Source: Mesoaciditogaceae bacterium
GTDB lineage: Bacteria; Thermotogota; Thermotogae; Mesoaciditogales; Mesoaciditogaceae
Assembly (NCBI GenBank): GCA_015486145.1
Contig: WFSH01000092.1
Location: 1 to 38,105 of the forward strand
Direction of reading: 5' to 3'
DNA: 38,105 nucleotides
Shown here: one piece after another, positions 15,902 to 25,190 of the stretch
Position numbering within the stretch: the stretch's first letter is position 1
Layout: the number at the start of each line of letters is the position of its first letter
Position numbers and translations under genes: made by a program
Notes under the pieces: generated by a model
The model's input: only the letters and a program-made list of their open reading frames with translations
The model's database searches: none
Told to the model about the DNA's origin: nothing

Positions 15902-17737
15902 GTGAGAAAAATATTGGTGTTGATCGTCGTTTTTGCACTGTCAATAGTGGCTTTTGCCGCTTCTATGCAAGTTGTACCTCCAAAAGTTCCTTCTGAGGTG
16001 AAAGCTTTGGCATCTTCGAAATTAATTGCAATCGTGCCCAACAAAATCATTACCGTCACGATGAACAAACCCAACGGTAGCGAATACAAACCAAAAGAGA
16101 TAATTTGGTTTAAGGTGAAAACGGCTGTATCGGGATATCTCTACATACTCGACATACCTTCAAGCGGGAAGATAACGCAGCTTTTCCCGAATTATTACCA
16201 AAAAAACAACTTTATGAAGGCTGGACTTCATAAAATACCATCTTCTTCTAAATATCGCTTTAGGGTTTCTGGTACAAAGTCGGGAATAGAACTTGTGGAA
16301 TTCATACTTTCCACTCGACCTTTGCCTTTTTTAAACAATGCCACGACCACAAAAAAACTCCCATTCGCCGTCGTTGGAGAAACCGGGAAAAAAGAGTTTG
16401 TAAAGTTCAAATTAAAGCTCATGAAATCGATCGTTCCAATTTCAAAAAAATGGACGGCATGGACTTACTTTTACCTCAGCGTTGGAAAGAAAACATTTTT
16501 GAAAGTTCAGACCACCCCAGAAGGAGCCAAATTAACGGTTGATGGGAAGATTTATGGGTTCACACCCAAACTCATAGGAGTAACTCCTGGATATCACTTG
16601 CTTTCATTGTCAGCAAGTGGATATCGAACATGGAAAGGAACCGTTTTTGTTGGAGTGGGACAAACACGTTTGTTGGATATAAAACTCGTTCCGATTCAGC
16701 AAGTTGTTAACGGTACGTTGGAAATAAACGTTTCTCCAGCGAGTGCCTATGTGTACGTTGATGGTGAAAACGTGGGCACTGGGGATCAGGTTTTGACGGT
16801 TTCACCAGGGTATCATACGGTGGTTGTCAAAAAGGATGGATATCAGACTTACTACAACAACTCTGTTGTAGTGAACGCCGGACTTACCACAACACTGAAT
16901 GTACAGCTCATTCCGCTCACCGCCAACATTTACATTCATTCTCAGCCATATGTAAAAATATACATAGATGGTGTTTTTGCCGGTGGAACGGGATATGATG
17001 GATATTTGTATCTCACGGGGTTGAAAGTCGGATATCACAGCATTAAATTTGAAAAATCTTGGTACATTTCTCAAACGATCAGCTATCGTGTGAATTCCGG
17101 GGATAATTATTTGTCGGTTGAGCTTTCCGCGGCAGGAATGCTAAAGGTCGATTCTAACGTTTACCCCATTTTCGTCAAAATAGATGGGCAAAATTACGGT
17201 GAAATAGCCAATTCCTTGCGGGGAATATACGTGCCCGTAGGCTCTCATGTCGTGACATTTTCAAATCCAGAGTACGTGCCTTATCAAAAAGCGTTGAGTT
17301 TTGCTTTTCAACGTACCACTGAGACAGGTGTTTATTTAAAACTTAAACCTTTGAAATTTTCAGTTAGAGCTTCTCCAAATCCATTCAGTCCCAACGGTGA
17401 TTGGTATCAGGATACCACGACATTTTATATGACCCTCAGTAGAAGAGCGATTGTGACGATAAAGATTTACTCGGGGAACAATATGATATGGTATCGTAAA
17501 CTCAACACATCTTATGGGACTACAAGTGTAACTTGGGATGGAAGGTCTATTCAAGGTCAATATATGCCAAACGGTATTTATAAGGTGAAATTCACGGTTG
17601 AAAGTTATGGTCGAACGCTGACAAAAACGTTAAACGTGGTGATAAACAAAAACGGATATACGTATCTCAAAGAGATCGTGATAATTGGGGGATTAGCGTT
17701 AATTGTCGGCTTGATCTATCTACTTTTTTTGAAATAA
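15902..17737 (+). CDS. Envelope protein: signal peptide + DUF4384-like domain + about 4 PEGA domains + FlgD-Ig-like domain + C-terminal TM anchor
   Basis: GGGAGGG with GTG 15902. MRKILVLIVVFALSIVAFA, then GYLYILDIPSSGKITQLFPN (DUF4384-like). PEGA modules follow, for example TTPEGAKLTVDGKIYGFTP...GYHLLSLSASGY. The segment SPNPFSPNGD...VTWDGRSIQGQYMPNGIYKVKFT is FlgD_ig-like. The C-terminus is IIGGLALIVGLIYLLFLK. Confidence 0.8.
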   Translation: MRKILVLIVVFALSIVAFAASMQVVPPKVPSEVKALASSKLIAIVPNKIITVTMNKPNGSEYKPKEIIWFKVKTAVSGYLYILDIPSSGKITQLFPNYYQKNNFMKAGLHKIPSSSKYRFRVSGTKSGIELVEFILSTRPLPFLNNATTTKKLPFAVVGETGKKEFVKFKLKLMKSIVPISKKWTAWTYFYLSVGKKTFLKVQTTPEGAKLTVDGKIYGFTPKLIGVTPGYHLLSLSASGYRTWKGTVFVGVGQTRLLDIKLVPIQQVVNGTLEINVSPASAYVYVDGENVGTGDQVLTVSPGYHTVVVKKDGYQTYYNNSVVVNAGLTTTLNVQLIPLTANIYIHSQPYVKIYIDGVFAGGTGYDGYLYLTGLKVGYHSIKFEKSWYISQTISYRVNSGDNYLSVELSAAGMLKVDSNVYPIFVKIDGQNYGEIANSLRGIYVPVGSHVVTFSNPEYVPYQKALSFAFQRTTETGVYLKLKPLKFSVRASPNPFSPNGDWYQDTTTFYMTLSRRAIVTIKIYSGNNMIWYRKLNTSYGTTSVTWDGRSIQGQYMPNGIYKVKFTVESYGRTLTKTLNVVINKNGYTYLKEIVIIGGLALIVGLIYLLFLK

Positions 17738-17765
17738 CAGGTTATTTTTAGTGGAGGTGAAAATT

Positions 17766-19121
17766 TTGAAGTTTGATGTGGTAATAATCGGGGGTGGGCC
17801 TGCTGGAATGACTGTAGCCACAACTGTCTTGGCGGCTTATCCTAAAAAGACTGTGGCACTGATTAAAAAAGAAGGCCAAACTTTGATACCGTGTGGCATA
17901 CCCTACACGTTGGCAACTTTGAAATCGGTGGAAAGTGATTTATTAAGCACCAAGGGAATTGAATCAAAAGGTGTAAAAGTTATCATTGATGAAGTGAAAA
18001 CGCTTGATGTTGACGCCAAAATGATCGTGACAACTTCGAATGGAGAGATAGAATACGACAAATTGGTGTTGGCGACGGGTTCAACTCCAATTGTACCGAG
18101 AATTCCAGGTATAGAAATGGAAGGTATTTTCACCGTATCAAAAGACATAACTAAGATATCCAGAATGAAAGATGCTTTGAAGAAGATGAACAAGATAGCA
18201 ATTATTGGAGCAGGGTTTATAGGTGTAGAGGTAAGCGGTGAAATTCACAAGTTGGGAAAACAAGTTACCATCGTGGAAGCCATGGAGAGAGTGCTTCCCA
18301 TTGCATTTGATCCGGAGTTTTCTTCAGAAGTTCAAGAACTGTTGGAAGAAAATCATGTTAACGTTATAACTTCTTCCAGAGTTAAAGAAATAGTTGGTGA
18401 AGGTAAAGTTGAAGGCTTGGTACTTGAGAGTGGAAAACGCGTAGAAGTAGATGGAGTAGTTCTTGCAATAGGATACAGACCTAACTCTGTTCTTGCAAGA
18501 AATGCCGGCATTTTTATAGGGATGACGGGTGGCATCTGGACCGACGAGTACATGCGAACAAGTGCAAAAGATGTATTTGCCGTTGGTGATTGCACAGAGC
18601 ACAAGGAATTCTTTTCCCGGAGACCAAGCAGATTAATGCTTGCATCCACCGCTGCCTTTGATGCGAGAGTCGCCGGTGCCAACCTTTTTAACGTTAGACT
18701 TATACGGGAGATCAAGGGAAATATTGGCATATTTTCCACGTCGATCTTCGATCGCACGCTGGGAGCAGCTGGTGGAACCGAAACAGAGGCGATGGAAAGC
18801 GGATTTGAAGCTATTTGTGGGGTATCTAAAGCGGAGGATCGTCACCCAGGAACGCTTCCCGATGCGAGTAAAGTAAAAGTTAAACTCGTTTTTTCAAAAG
18901 CAAGTGGTGTTTTGCTTGGTGGGCAGATAATGGGCGGAAAATCTGTCGGAGAGATGATAAATGTGCTTGGCATGGCCATTCAAAACAGAATGACCGTCAC
19001 AGATCTTGTGGCACTTCAAATTGGAACTCAGCCTCTACTCACATCATCGCCGGTGGTTTATCCCATAGTAACTGCGGCGTTGAACGCATATTCAAAAATG
19101 CACGCTTGTGAAGAAGGATGA
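17766..19121 (+). CDS. FAD-dependent pyridine nucleotide-disulfide oxidoreductase (NADH oxidase / CoA-disulfide reductase family)
   Basis: GGAGG with TTG 17766 eight nt downstream. FAD fold VVIIGGGPAGMT, candidate redox Cys in LIPCGIPY, NAD fold IAIIGAGFIGVE, and GDC in FAVGDCTE. Confidence 0.85.
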   Translation: MKFDVVIIGGGPAGMTVATTVLAAYPKKTVALIKKEGQTLIPCGIPYTLATLKSVESDLLSTKGIESKGVKVIIDEVKTLDVDAKMIVTTSNGEIEYDKLVLATGSTPIVPRIPGIEMEGIFTVSKDITKISRMKDALKKMNKIAIIGAGFIGVEVSGEIHKLGKQVTIVEAMERVLPIAFDPEFSSEVQELLEENHVNVITSSRVKEIVGEGKVEGLVLESGKRVEVDGVVLAIGYRPNSVLARNAGIFIGMTGGIWTDEYMRTSAKDVFAVGDCTEHKEFFSRRPSRLMLASTAAFDARVAGANLFNVRLIREIKGNIGIFSTSIFDRTLGAAGGTETEAMESGFEAICGVSKAEDRHPGTLPDASKVKVKLVFSKASGVLLGGQIMGGKSVGEMINVLGMAIQNRMTVTDLVALQIGTQPLLTSSPVVYPIVTAALNAYSKMHACEEG

Positions 19122-19127
19122 TAAGTG

Positions 19128-20198
19128 ATGAAGGCGATAATACTTTGCGCTGGAAAAGGAACAAGACTCAGACCATTAACATTTACGAATGCCAAACAGT
19201 TGATACCGGTGGCAAACAAACCGGTTATACTCTACAGTATTGAAAAGATTCTTGCCGCTGGGATTTCCGAAATAGGCATGATCGTCAATCCAGAGAATGA
19301 GTCTGCTTTTAGGGAAATTTTGGGAGATGGTTCAAATTTTGGTGCACATTTGGAATACATCGTTCAGGAAAGACCTATGGGATTGGCACATGCCGTTAAA
19401 CTTTCTAAGAATTTTATCAGTGGTGAAAAATTCTTGATGTATCTTGGAGATAACATGATTCAAGAGGATCTTTCCAAATTTGTTAACAATTTTTCCGAAA
19501 GCGATCTCAACGCTTCTATCCTTTTAACCCCGGTTGAAGATCCTTCAAGATTTGGGATAGCAGTTGTGAACGGTGGGAGCATAGTTAGAGTTGTGGAAAA
19601 ACCTCAAGATCCCCCTTCTAATCTCGCGATCATAGGTGTCTACCTTTTTGATGCTTCTATTTTTGAGGGAATAGATAACATCAAACCTTCGTGGCGAGGA
19701 GAATTGGAAATTACCGATGCGATTCAGTATCTTATAAGTCACGGGCGTAAAATTCAAGGACATGTTGTTTACGGATGGTGGAAAGACGCTGGTCGACCTG
19801 CCGACCTTTTAGAAGCCAATCGTAGAGTGCTTGCCAACCTGAAAAATTCCAGAAAATTAGGAACTATCAATGGTGGAACCATCATGGAAGGATACGTTGT
19901 GATAGAAAAAGGTGCTGAAATTGTTGATTCGATTATTCGAGGGCCGATCATTGTGGGAGAGGGAGCTTTGATTATCAATTCGTATTTGGGGCCTTACACC
20001 TCAGTAGGTCCTAAAGTCACGATCGAAAACTCGGAAATTGAGAACTCCATTCTTTTAGAAAATTCCACCATTCGTGATGTGGAGGTTAGAATAGATTCGA
20101 GTATCATAGGAAAAAATGCCACGGTATCGAGTATCGAGACGAAGCCCAAAGTCCACAATCTTGTAATAGGGGATTACAGCCTTATAAGGTTGAGTTAG
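19128..20198 (+). CDS. Sugar-1-phosphate nucleotidyltransferase, long form (RmlA-long-like, N-terminal NTP-transferase + C-terminal left-handed beta-helix)
   Basis: MKAIILCAGKGTRLRPLTFTNAKQLIPV (the G-x-G-T-R-L signature). About 356 aa with hexapeptide-repeat-like C-terminal third (IIGKNATV..., IENSEIENSIL). Confidence 0.8.
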   Translation: MKAIILCAGKGTRLRPLTFTNAKQLIPVANKPVILYSIEKILAAGISEIGMIVNPENESAFREILGDGSNFGAHLEYIVQERPMGLAHAVKLSKNFISGEKFLMYLGDNMIQEDLSKFVNNFSESDLNASILLTPVEDPSRFGIAVVNGGSIVRVVEKPQDPPSNLAIIGVYLFDASIFEGIDNIKPSWRGELEITDAIQYLISHGRKIQGHVVYGWWKDAGRPADLLEANRRVLANLKNSRKLGTINGGTIMEGYVVIEKGAEIVDSIIRGPIIVGEGALIINSYLGPYTSVGPKVTIENSEIENSILLENSTIRDVEVRIDSSIIGKNATVSSIETKPKVHNLVIGDYSLIRLS

Positions 20199-20202
20199 AA
20201 AA

Positions 20203-20238
20203 TTCCTCCCGGTTTCACACCCGGGAGGAACGTTTTTT
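20203..20238. terminator. Bidirectional intrinsic terminator between convergent genes
   Basis: Perfect 10-bp GC-rich stem TTCCTCCCGG / CCGGGAGGAA (20203-20212 / 20221-20230) with an 8-nt loop. It is followed by a T-run on the + strand and preceded by AAAA (a T-run on the - strand). It sits between the nucleotidyltransferase stop and the rpoD stop. Confidence 0.85.
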
Positions 20239-21431
20239 TATTTTTCATTTTGCTGTCGTTGTTGATTTTCTTCAGTTGTTTGTTCTTCGTCTTCTTCGAT
20301 TAGCCCCATGAAGACCTTCAGATGTTTGCTTCGACTTGGATGTCGAAGCTTACGAAGCGCTTTAACCTCTATTTGCCTGATTCGTTCTCGAGTCACGTTG
20401 AAATACTGTCCCACTTCCTCAAGCGTTTTGGCTTTTCCATCTATCAGTCCATATCGCATTTTTAACACCATAGCTTCTCTTGAATTGAGAGTATTCAACA
20501 CTTTTTCTATTTGCTCGTGAAGCATCATTTGGGAGGCTGCGTCTTCTGGTGAAAGAACATTTGAATCCTCCACAAAATCACCTATGGTAGATTCGTCGTC
20601 ATTTCCGACTGTAGACTCAAGCGATATAGTCTCACGAGCCGCTTTGAGAATCTCGGCTATTTTTTCACGAGGCTTTTCCATAAGGGTGGCAAGATCATCA
20701 ACGGTTGGGTAACAGCCATGTTTTTGCATGTAGTTTCGTATGACTTTGTTTAGTTTGTTTATGGTTTCGACCATGTGAACCGGAACTCTTATCGTTCGTG
20801 CTTGATCGGCTATGGCCCGAGTTATTGCCTGCCTAATCCACCACGTTGCATATGTTGAAAACTTGTAACCCTTCTTCCAATCAAATTTATCAACGGCTTT
20901 TAAGAGTCCGATGTTACCTTCTTGAATGAGATCTAAAAAAGATAATCCCCTTCCCATGTATTTCTTTGCGATGCTAACGACAAGGCGAAGATTGGAAGTG
21001 CAAAGTTTCTGCTTTGCCCTCTCGTCGCCATTTGCCGCCTTGCGGGCAAGCCTTCGTTCTTCACTTGGGGAAAGAAGGGGAATTCTTCCAATTTCTTTGA
21101 GATATAACTTCACGGGATCCTTAAGATTGGCATTGTCGTATATTTCTGGCTTTTGATTTTCAAGATAAGATAAGTACTTTTTTACTTCGAATGCCTCCGC
21201 GTTGGCATATTCTTCATCCGAATTCGCAATATCTTCACCATCTTCTTTGATTGTGATATGTTCTTTTTCAAGAATGTCATATATGTTTTCTAAAAACGCC
21301 GAATCAAAATCCTCGTAATTCGCGGGAATGGCACTGTCTATATCGGCATAAGTTATGTACCCCCACTTTTTCCCCTTTTTTATTAAAGCGTTGATTTTCT
21401 TTTTTATCAAGGTGGTGTTATTTTCGGCCAT
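20238..21431 (-). CDS. rpoD: RNA polymerase primary sigma factor (sigma-70/SigA)
   Basis: Region 2.4 [17 protein letters not shown], region 3, and region 4.2 [37 protein letters not shown] lies 8 nt upstream of ATG 21431; the ORF is open from GTG 21440. Confidence 0.95.
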   Translation of the reverse strand: MAENNTTLIKKKINALIKKGKKWGYITYADIDSAIPANYEDFDSAFLENIYDILEKEHITIKEDGEDIANSDEEYANAEAFEVKKYLSYLENQKPEIYDNANLKDPVKLYLKEIGRIPLLSPSEERRLARKAANGDERAKQKLCTSNLRLVVSIAKKYMGRGLSFLDLIQEGNIGLLKAVDKFDWKKGYKFSTYATWWIRQAITRAIADQARTIRVPVHMVETINKLNKVIRNYMQKHGCYPTVDDLATLMEKPREKIAEILKAARETISLESTVGNDDESTIGDFVEDSNVLSPEDAASQMMLHEQIEKVLNTLNSREAMVLKMRYGLIDGKAKTLEEVGQYFNVTRERIRQIEVKALRKLRHPSRSKHLKVFMGLIEEDEEQTTEENQQRQQNEK

Positions 21432-23112
21432 TTGAAGCACCTCCTCTTTTTTTTAACAACAAACGAAGCTCCATCGCTCTTTTCATGAGTTTTGCCTTCT
21501 GGGTCTGATCCGCAGTAGCGGTTATTTCTCTTTCCACCATTTCTATTTTGGCTTTTAGCTCTCTCTCCTCCAATTTTGAAGTGCAAAGCTTGATCATTTT
21601 ATCCACGTTTACGTGTCGTTCATCATGAGTGAGAATTTGAAAAAATCTTTCCCCTTCCTCTTTTTCAAAGTGCTTCATGGCTTCTTGTGGCAAAATAACA
21701 CCCGATGTTACAATCTCAAACGCTTTCCTTGCCAAAGGGGACAAAAATTCCGGTTTTACTTTTTCTATGACTTTTGTTCGTGACTCTTTATTCAAAAACA
21801 GAAGGTAAATCACGTAATCGTCTATCGTCATTCTTATGGATGAAAAGCCATGAAGAACATTGCTACTTCTTGTGGTTTGAAGTTCGTACAATATATCTTT
21901 CTCATCGATCATGAGTAACTTGGCTGCCTTTGAAACCAATTGACGTCTCAAAAGTGGAGATTTTAACCAGGAAATAGCCTGCTTAAATCTGTAAATAGCT
22001 TTGATTGGATCACCTAGTTCCCCAAGTGACTGTCGAACATAAAAATCCCAATAATTTGATGCTGCATTTAGCGTCTTTCGAAAATCTTCTTTGCTGTGCG
22101 ATGAAAAAAATTCGTCCGGATCTTTTGATTCTTTGAATACGATCACCTTTATGTTTAATCCTTCCCCTACCAAAACTTTAGCCATTCTTTGCATCGCAGA
22201 TATACCAGCATTGTCACTGTCAAGTACAAAGAGTAAGTTGTTTGTCACCCTCTTCAATGTGTTCAAATGAGTTTTGGTTAAGTTTGTGCCCAAAACCGCA
22301 CAGGTGTTATCAAAACCATTCTTGTGAAAAGCTATGGCATCCATGTACCCTTCACAAAGTATGGCAAAACCCGCTTCCCTTATCTTGTGACGAGCGATGT
22401 TGAAAAGATAAAGCAACTTGGATTTTGAAAAATAGCGACTTTCAGGAGAGTTTATATATTTGGGAATCTCATTGGTTAAACTTCTTCCACCAAAAGCCAC
22501 TACTCTACCTTCTGAATTTTTTATGGGAAATATCACCCTATTTGTGAAAAACTCTCGTAAATTTCCACTGCGTGTTCTCGTGATTAATCCATATTTTATA
22601 AGTTCTTCTACACTGATTTTCTGTTGGCGAGCCAGATTTAGCACGATATTTGAGTTAACAGGGGCATATCCAAGTTCAAATTTTTCAATATCTTTTTTGG
22701 TAAGACGCCGTTTTTCCATTAAATAAGAAAGCGCTTGTTTGCCGGTACCGGAAAAGAGTGCATTTCTATAAGCGTTGGTGAGTGAATTCATCATTAAGGT
22801 GTATTTAGAGTAAAATTCATCATTTCCAAAAGCGGGTGGTTCAACACCACACATCTCTGCAACTCTTTGGACTGCTTCAACAAAAGAAACGTTCTCAATT
22901 TTTTTTACAAACTCTATGACGTCTCCTCCAGCGCCACATCCAAAGCAATGAAAGAACTTTTTTTCTGGATTAACATAAAAAGATGGGGTCCTCTCCTCGT
23001 GAAAAGGACACAATCCGCGATAGCTTGAACCGGCTTTTTCGAGTGAAACATAGTGCGACACTACTTTTACTATGTCGCACTTTGACTTGAAATCTTCTAA
23101 TTCCCTTTTCAC
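21418..23112 (-). CDS. dnaG: DNA primase
   Basis: Zinc ribbon [32 protein letters not shown] and TOPRIM region [11 protein letters not shown]...LDSDNAG. GTG start. The stop overlaps the rpoD start by 14 nt. Confidence 0.93.
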   Translation of the reverse strand: MKRELEDFKSKCDIVKVVSHYVSLEKAGSSYRGLCPFHEERTPSFYVNPEKKFFHCFGCGAGGDVIEFVKKIENVSFVEAVQRVAEMCGVEPPAFGNDEFYSKYTLMMNSLTNAYRNALFSGTGKQALSYLMEKRRLTKKDIEKFELGYAPVNSNIVLNLARQQKISVEELIKYGLITRTRSGNLREFFTNRVIFPIKNSEGRVVAFGGRSLTNEIPKYINSPESRYFSKSKLLYLFNIARHKIREAGFAILCEGYMDAIAFHKNGFDNTCAVLGTNLTKTHLNTLKRVTNNLLFVLDSDNAGISAMQRMAKVLVGEGLNIKVIVFKESKDPDEFFSSHSKEDFRKTLNAASNYWDFYVRQSLGELGDPIKAIYRFKQAISWLKSPLLRRQLVSKAAKLLMIDEKDILYELQTTRSSNVLHGFSSIRMTIDDYVIYLLFLNKESRTKVIEKVKPEFLSPLARKAFEIVTSGVILPQEAMKHFEKEEGERFFQILTHDERHVNVDKMIKLCTSKLEERELKAKIEMVEREITATADQTQKAKLMKRAMELRLLLKKRGGASNGRK

Positions 23113-23128
23113 AAGACTGTGTTTTCAA

Positions 23129-23533
23129 TTAACGCTTAGAGAACTGTGGACTTCTTCTGGCCTTCCTCTTTCCGTATTTCTTTCTTTCAACCATTCTTGA
23201 GTCTCTTGTTAAAAGTCCCTTTGATTTTAACACGCCTCTAAGACTATCGTTAAAATTCAGCAAAGCCCTTGCTATTCCAAGTCGAAGAGCACCAGCTTGC
23301 CCTGAAAGACCCCCACCGTTTATTCGACATATTATGTCAAACTGTCCAACGGTATTGGTGACGATGAAGGGATCGTTGACCTCCATAACAAGTGTGTCCC
23401 TTTGAAAATAATCCTTAAGAGATTCAAAATTCTTCCCATTTATAACTATCTTTCCATCTCCAGGCCTTAAATGAACCCGTGCTATGGAAGTTTTTCTTCT
23501 ACCGGTACCGTAATAATCTGCTTTTTCTGTCAT
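23129..23533 (-). CDS. rpsI: 30S ribosomal protein S9
   Basis: [14 protein letters not shown]...[19 protein letters not shown]...[17 protein letters not shown]. 134 aa, with an AAAGGAG Shine-Dalgarno. Confidence 0.96.
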   Translation of the reverse strand: MTEKADYYGTGRRKTSIARVHLRPGDGKIVINGKNFESLKDYFQRDTLVMEVNDPFIVTNTVGQFDIICRINGGGLSGQAGALRLGIARALLNFNDSLRGVLKSKGLLTRDSRMVERKKYGKRKARRSPQFSKR

Positions 23534-23555
23534 TCATGCCGCTCCTTTCAAATGT

Positions 23556-23584
23556 TAAAAACGAGAAAACGCTCCACCGTTTTC
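23556..23584 (-). terminator. Terminator-like hairpin inside the rplM-rpsI spacer (possible attenuator or partial terminator)
   Basis: The minus-strand RNA reads GAAAACG-GUGGAG-CGUUUUC followed by UCGUUUUU. That is a 7-bp stem (23565-23571 / 23578-23584), a 6-nt loop and a U-run. No U-run follows in the + orientation. Confidence 0.45.
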
Positions 23585-23594
23585 GTCATTGATT

Positions 23595-24029
23595 TTACAG
23601 TTCTAACAGCTGAGGCTTTTGAGCAACATGTGGATGCTCTTTACCACGATAAACTTTGAGTTTTTTGAACATGTGTCTACCAAGAACACCTTTGGGAAGC
23701 ATACCGTGAACGGCAAACTTTATCAACCTTTCTGGGTGTGTTTTTAACATATCTTTGGCACTGATTTTTTTAAGATTTCCCATGTATCCGGTGTGATGGT
23801 AATAAAATTTATCGTTGAGTTTATTTCCGGTCAAAATAGCCTTTTCTGCATTTATAACGATCACGTAATCTCCGGTATCTTCATGAGGAGTGTACGTTGG
23901 TTTGTTTTTTCCGGAAAGAATCTTAGCCACCTCCACGGCGAGGCGACCAATCGGCTTGCCGTCAGCATCTACCACATACCATTTCTTTCTCAACTCATCT
24001 CTCTTTGCAAAATAAGTTTTTTGATTCAT
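23595..24029 (-). CDS. rplM: 50S ribosomal protein L13
   Basis: [31 protein letters not shown]...[15 protein letters not shown]...[12 protein letters not shown]... aligns end to end with E. coli L13 as I remember it. ATG 24029 overlaps the upstream stop as ATGA; the ORF is open from 24065. Confidence 0.93.
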   Translation of the reverse strand: MNQKTYFAKRDELRKKWYVVDADGKPIGRLAVEVAKILSGKNKPTYTPHEDTGDYVIVINAEKAILTGNKLNDKFYYHHTGYMGNLKKISAKDMLKTHPERLIKFAVHGMLPKGVLGRHMFKKLKVYRGKEHPHVAQKPQLLEL

Positions 24030-24592
24030 TTTTCGTTTTTCCTCCATTCGCGATTCGTTTCCCACGTTTCCAATTTGAAAAAATTGGACGTCTTCTTGTA
24101 GATCAAAAAGGTTACGAATCCATCAACAGTCGCTTTGAGCATGTTGAAGAGCGTTATTATCCATAGGTAATTTTTCAAGACAAACATGTAAGAAACCTTC
24201 AAATACGGTGGATAAACCAACATATTTAAAACATCCATTCCAGCCATCATGACAATCGAAGCGATGCTTAAAGACGCTATTGCACGTGCTTTGGTCTTTT
24301 TTCTTGAATAAAACCATGCTGAAAAACCCACGAGCAAACTCCCGGCCGCAGCATTCATGAAGATACCCACCACGTCAGTTCCTCTTATGGCAAAATAAAG
24401 CAAATCTTTGATGAGCACCGTTAAAACACCGGGAATGGGACCAAGCATGAAACCCACCAACAAGGCTGCGATGTCGCTTGGATCGTATTTAAAACCGGCC
24501 AATTGGGGAATCGGTATTTCGATCAACATTAGCACCGTAGCCATGGCTGAAAATACACCTATGATGGTTAGCCTTTTGGTCCTTTCGATCAT
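24026..24592 (-). CDS. ECF transporter S (substrate-capture) component, RibU/PF12822-like, substrate unknown
   Basis: 188 aa with about 6 hydrophobic helices. The N-terminal [25 protein letters not shown]...[22 protein letters not shown] pattern is typical of vitamin ECF S components. There are no ecfA or ecfT genes in the window. Confidence 0.72.
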   Translation of the reverse strand: MIERTKRLTIIGVFSAMATVLMLIEIPIPQLAGFKYDPSDIAALLVGFMLGPIPGVLTVLIKDLLYFAIRGTDVVGIFMNAAAGSLLVGFSAWFYSRKKTKARAIASLSIASIVMMAGMDVLNMLVYPPYLKVSYMFVLKNYLWIITLFNMLKATVDGFVTFLIYKKTSNFFKLETWETNREWRKNEK

Positions 24593-24870
24593 TTAACTTC
24601 CGCCTCTTGATGCACCACACTAACGTATTTCCTTTTTCGGCGCGTTTCAAACTTCACTTTTCCATTGGAAAGCGCAAAAAGAGTAAAATCTTTACCAATG
24701 CCAACATTCTTTCCGGGCCATATTTTTGTTCCACGCTGTCTCACCAATATGTTTCCAGTTCTAACTTTTTCTCCATCTCCAACTTTAGTTCCGAGGTATT
24801 TTGGATTGCTATCTCTTCCGTTCTTTCCCGTTGAGCTTTTTGATCCAAATAGTTGAAGTTTTATTTTCAC
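24589..24870 (-). CDS. rpmA: 50S ribosomal protein L27 with N-terminal propeptide
   Basis: ...[24 protein letters not shown]...[18 protein letters not shown] lies 10 nt upstream of GTG 24870. The first in-frame GTG at 24879 is only 1 nt from the GGAGG, too close to be the start. Confidence 0.93.
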   Translation of the reverse strand: MKIKLQLFGSKSSTGKNGRDSNPKYLGTKVGDGEKVRTGNILVRQRGTKIWPGKNVGIGKDFTLFALSNGKVKFETRRKRKYVSVVHQEAEVK

Positions 24871-24875
24871 GTTGA

Positions 24876-25190
24876 TCACACCTCCGTTTGGTAAACCAAC
24901 AGGTTCTTTGGATACTGTTTTGACAATTGTAAGAGGGTTTTTTGAAGTGTCTCAATCATTTTTTGTGCGCAATCATTCTCACTTTTCACATCACACTTGA
25001 TCAAACCATCTTTTATCTCGTAAACTATTTTTTCCCCAAGAACCTCTTCAAGTCCTATCATTGTTGCCTGAGTTACCGCACTTACTGCTGCACAAACAAC
25101 GTCTTTGCCTTTAATTCCCAATCCCACATGACCAGATATCTTAAAAGCGGTGTACCGATCGTTGTGAGAGAAAAAAACGCATCGAGTCAT
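24876..25190 (-). CDS. prp: Ribosomal-processing cysteine protease Prp (YsxB/DUF464)
   Basis: [26 protein letters not shown] contains the His/Cys dyad context of Prp. About 104 aa. It sits between rplU and rpmA, with ATGA and GTGA overlaps. Confidence 0.85.
   Translation of the reverse strand: MTRCVFFSHNDRYTAFKISGHVGLGIKGKDVVCAAVSAVTQATMIGLEEVLGEKIVYEIKDGLIKCDVKSENDCAQKMIETLQKTLLQLSKQYPKNLLVYQTEV

Noticed and set aside
24593-24620. I looked for an FMN, TPP or other vitamin riboswitch in front of the ECF S-component gene.
   Set aside because: There is no non-coding space. The gene start overlaps the rpmA stop, so no riboswitch can be present.
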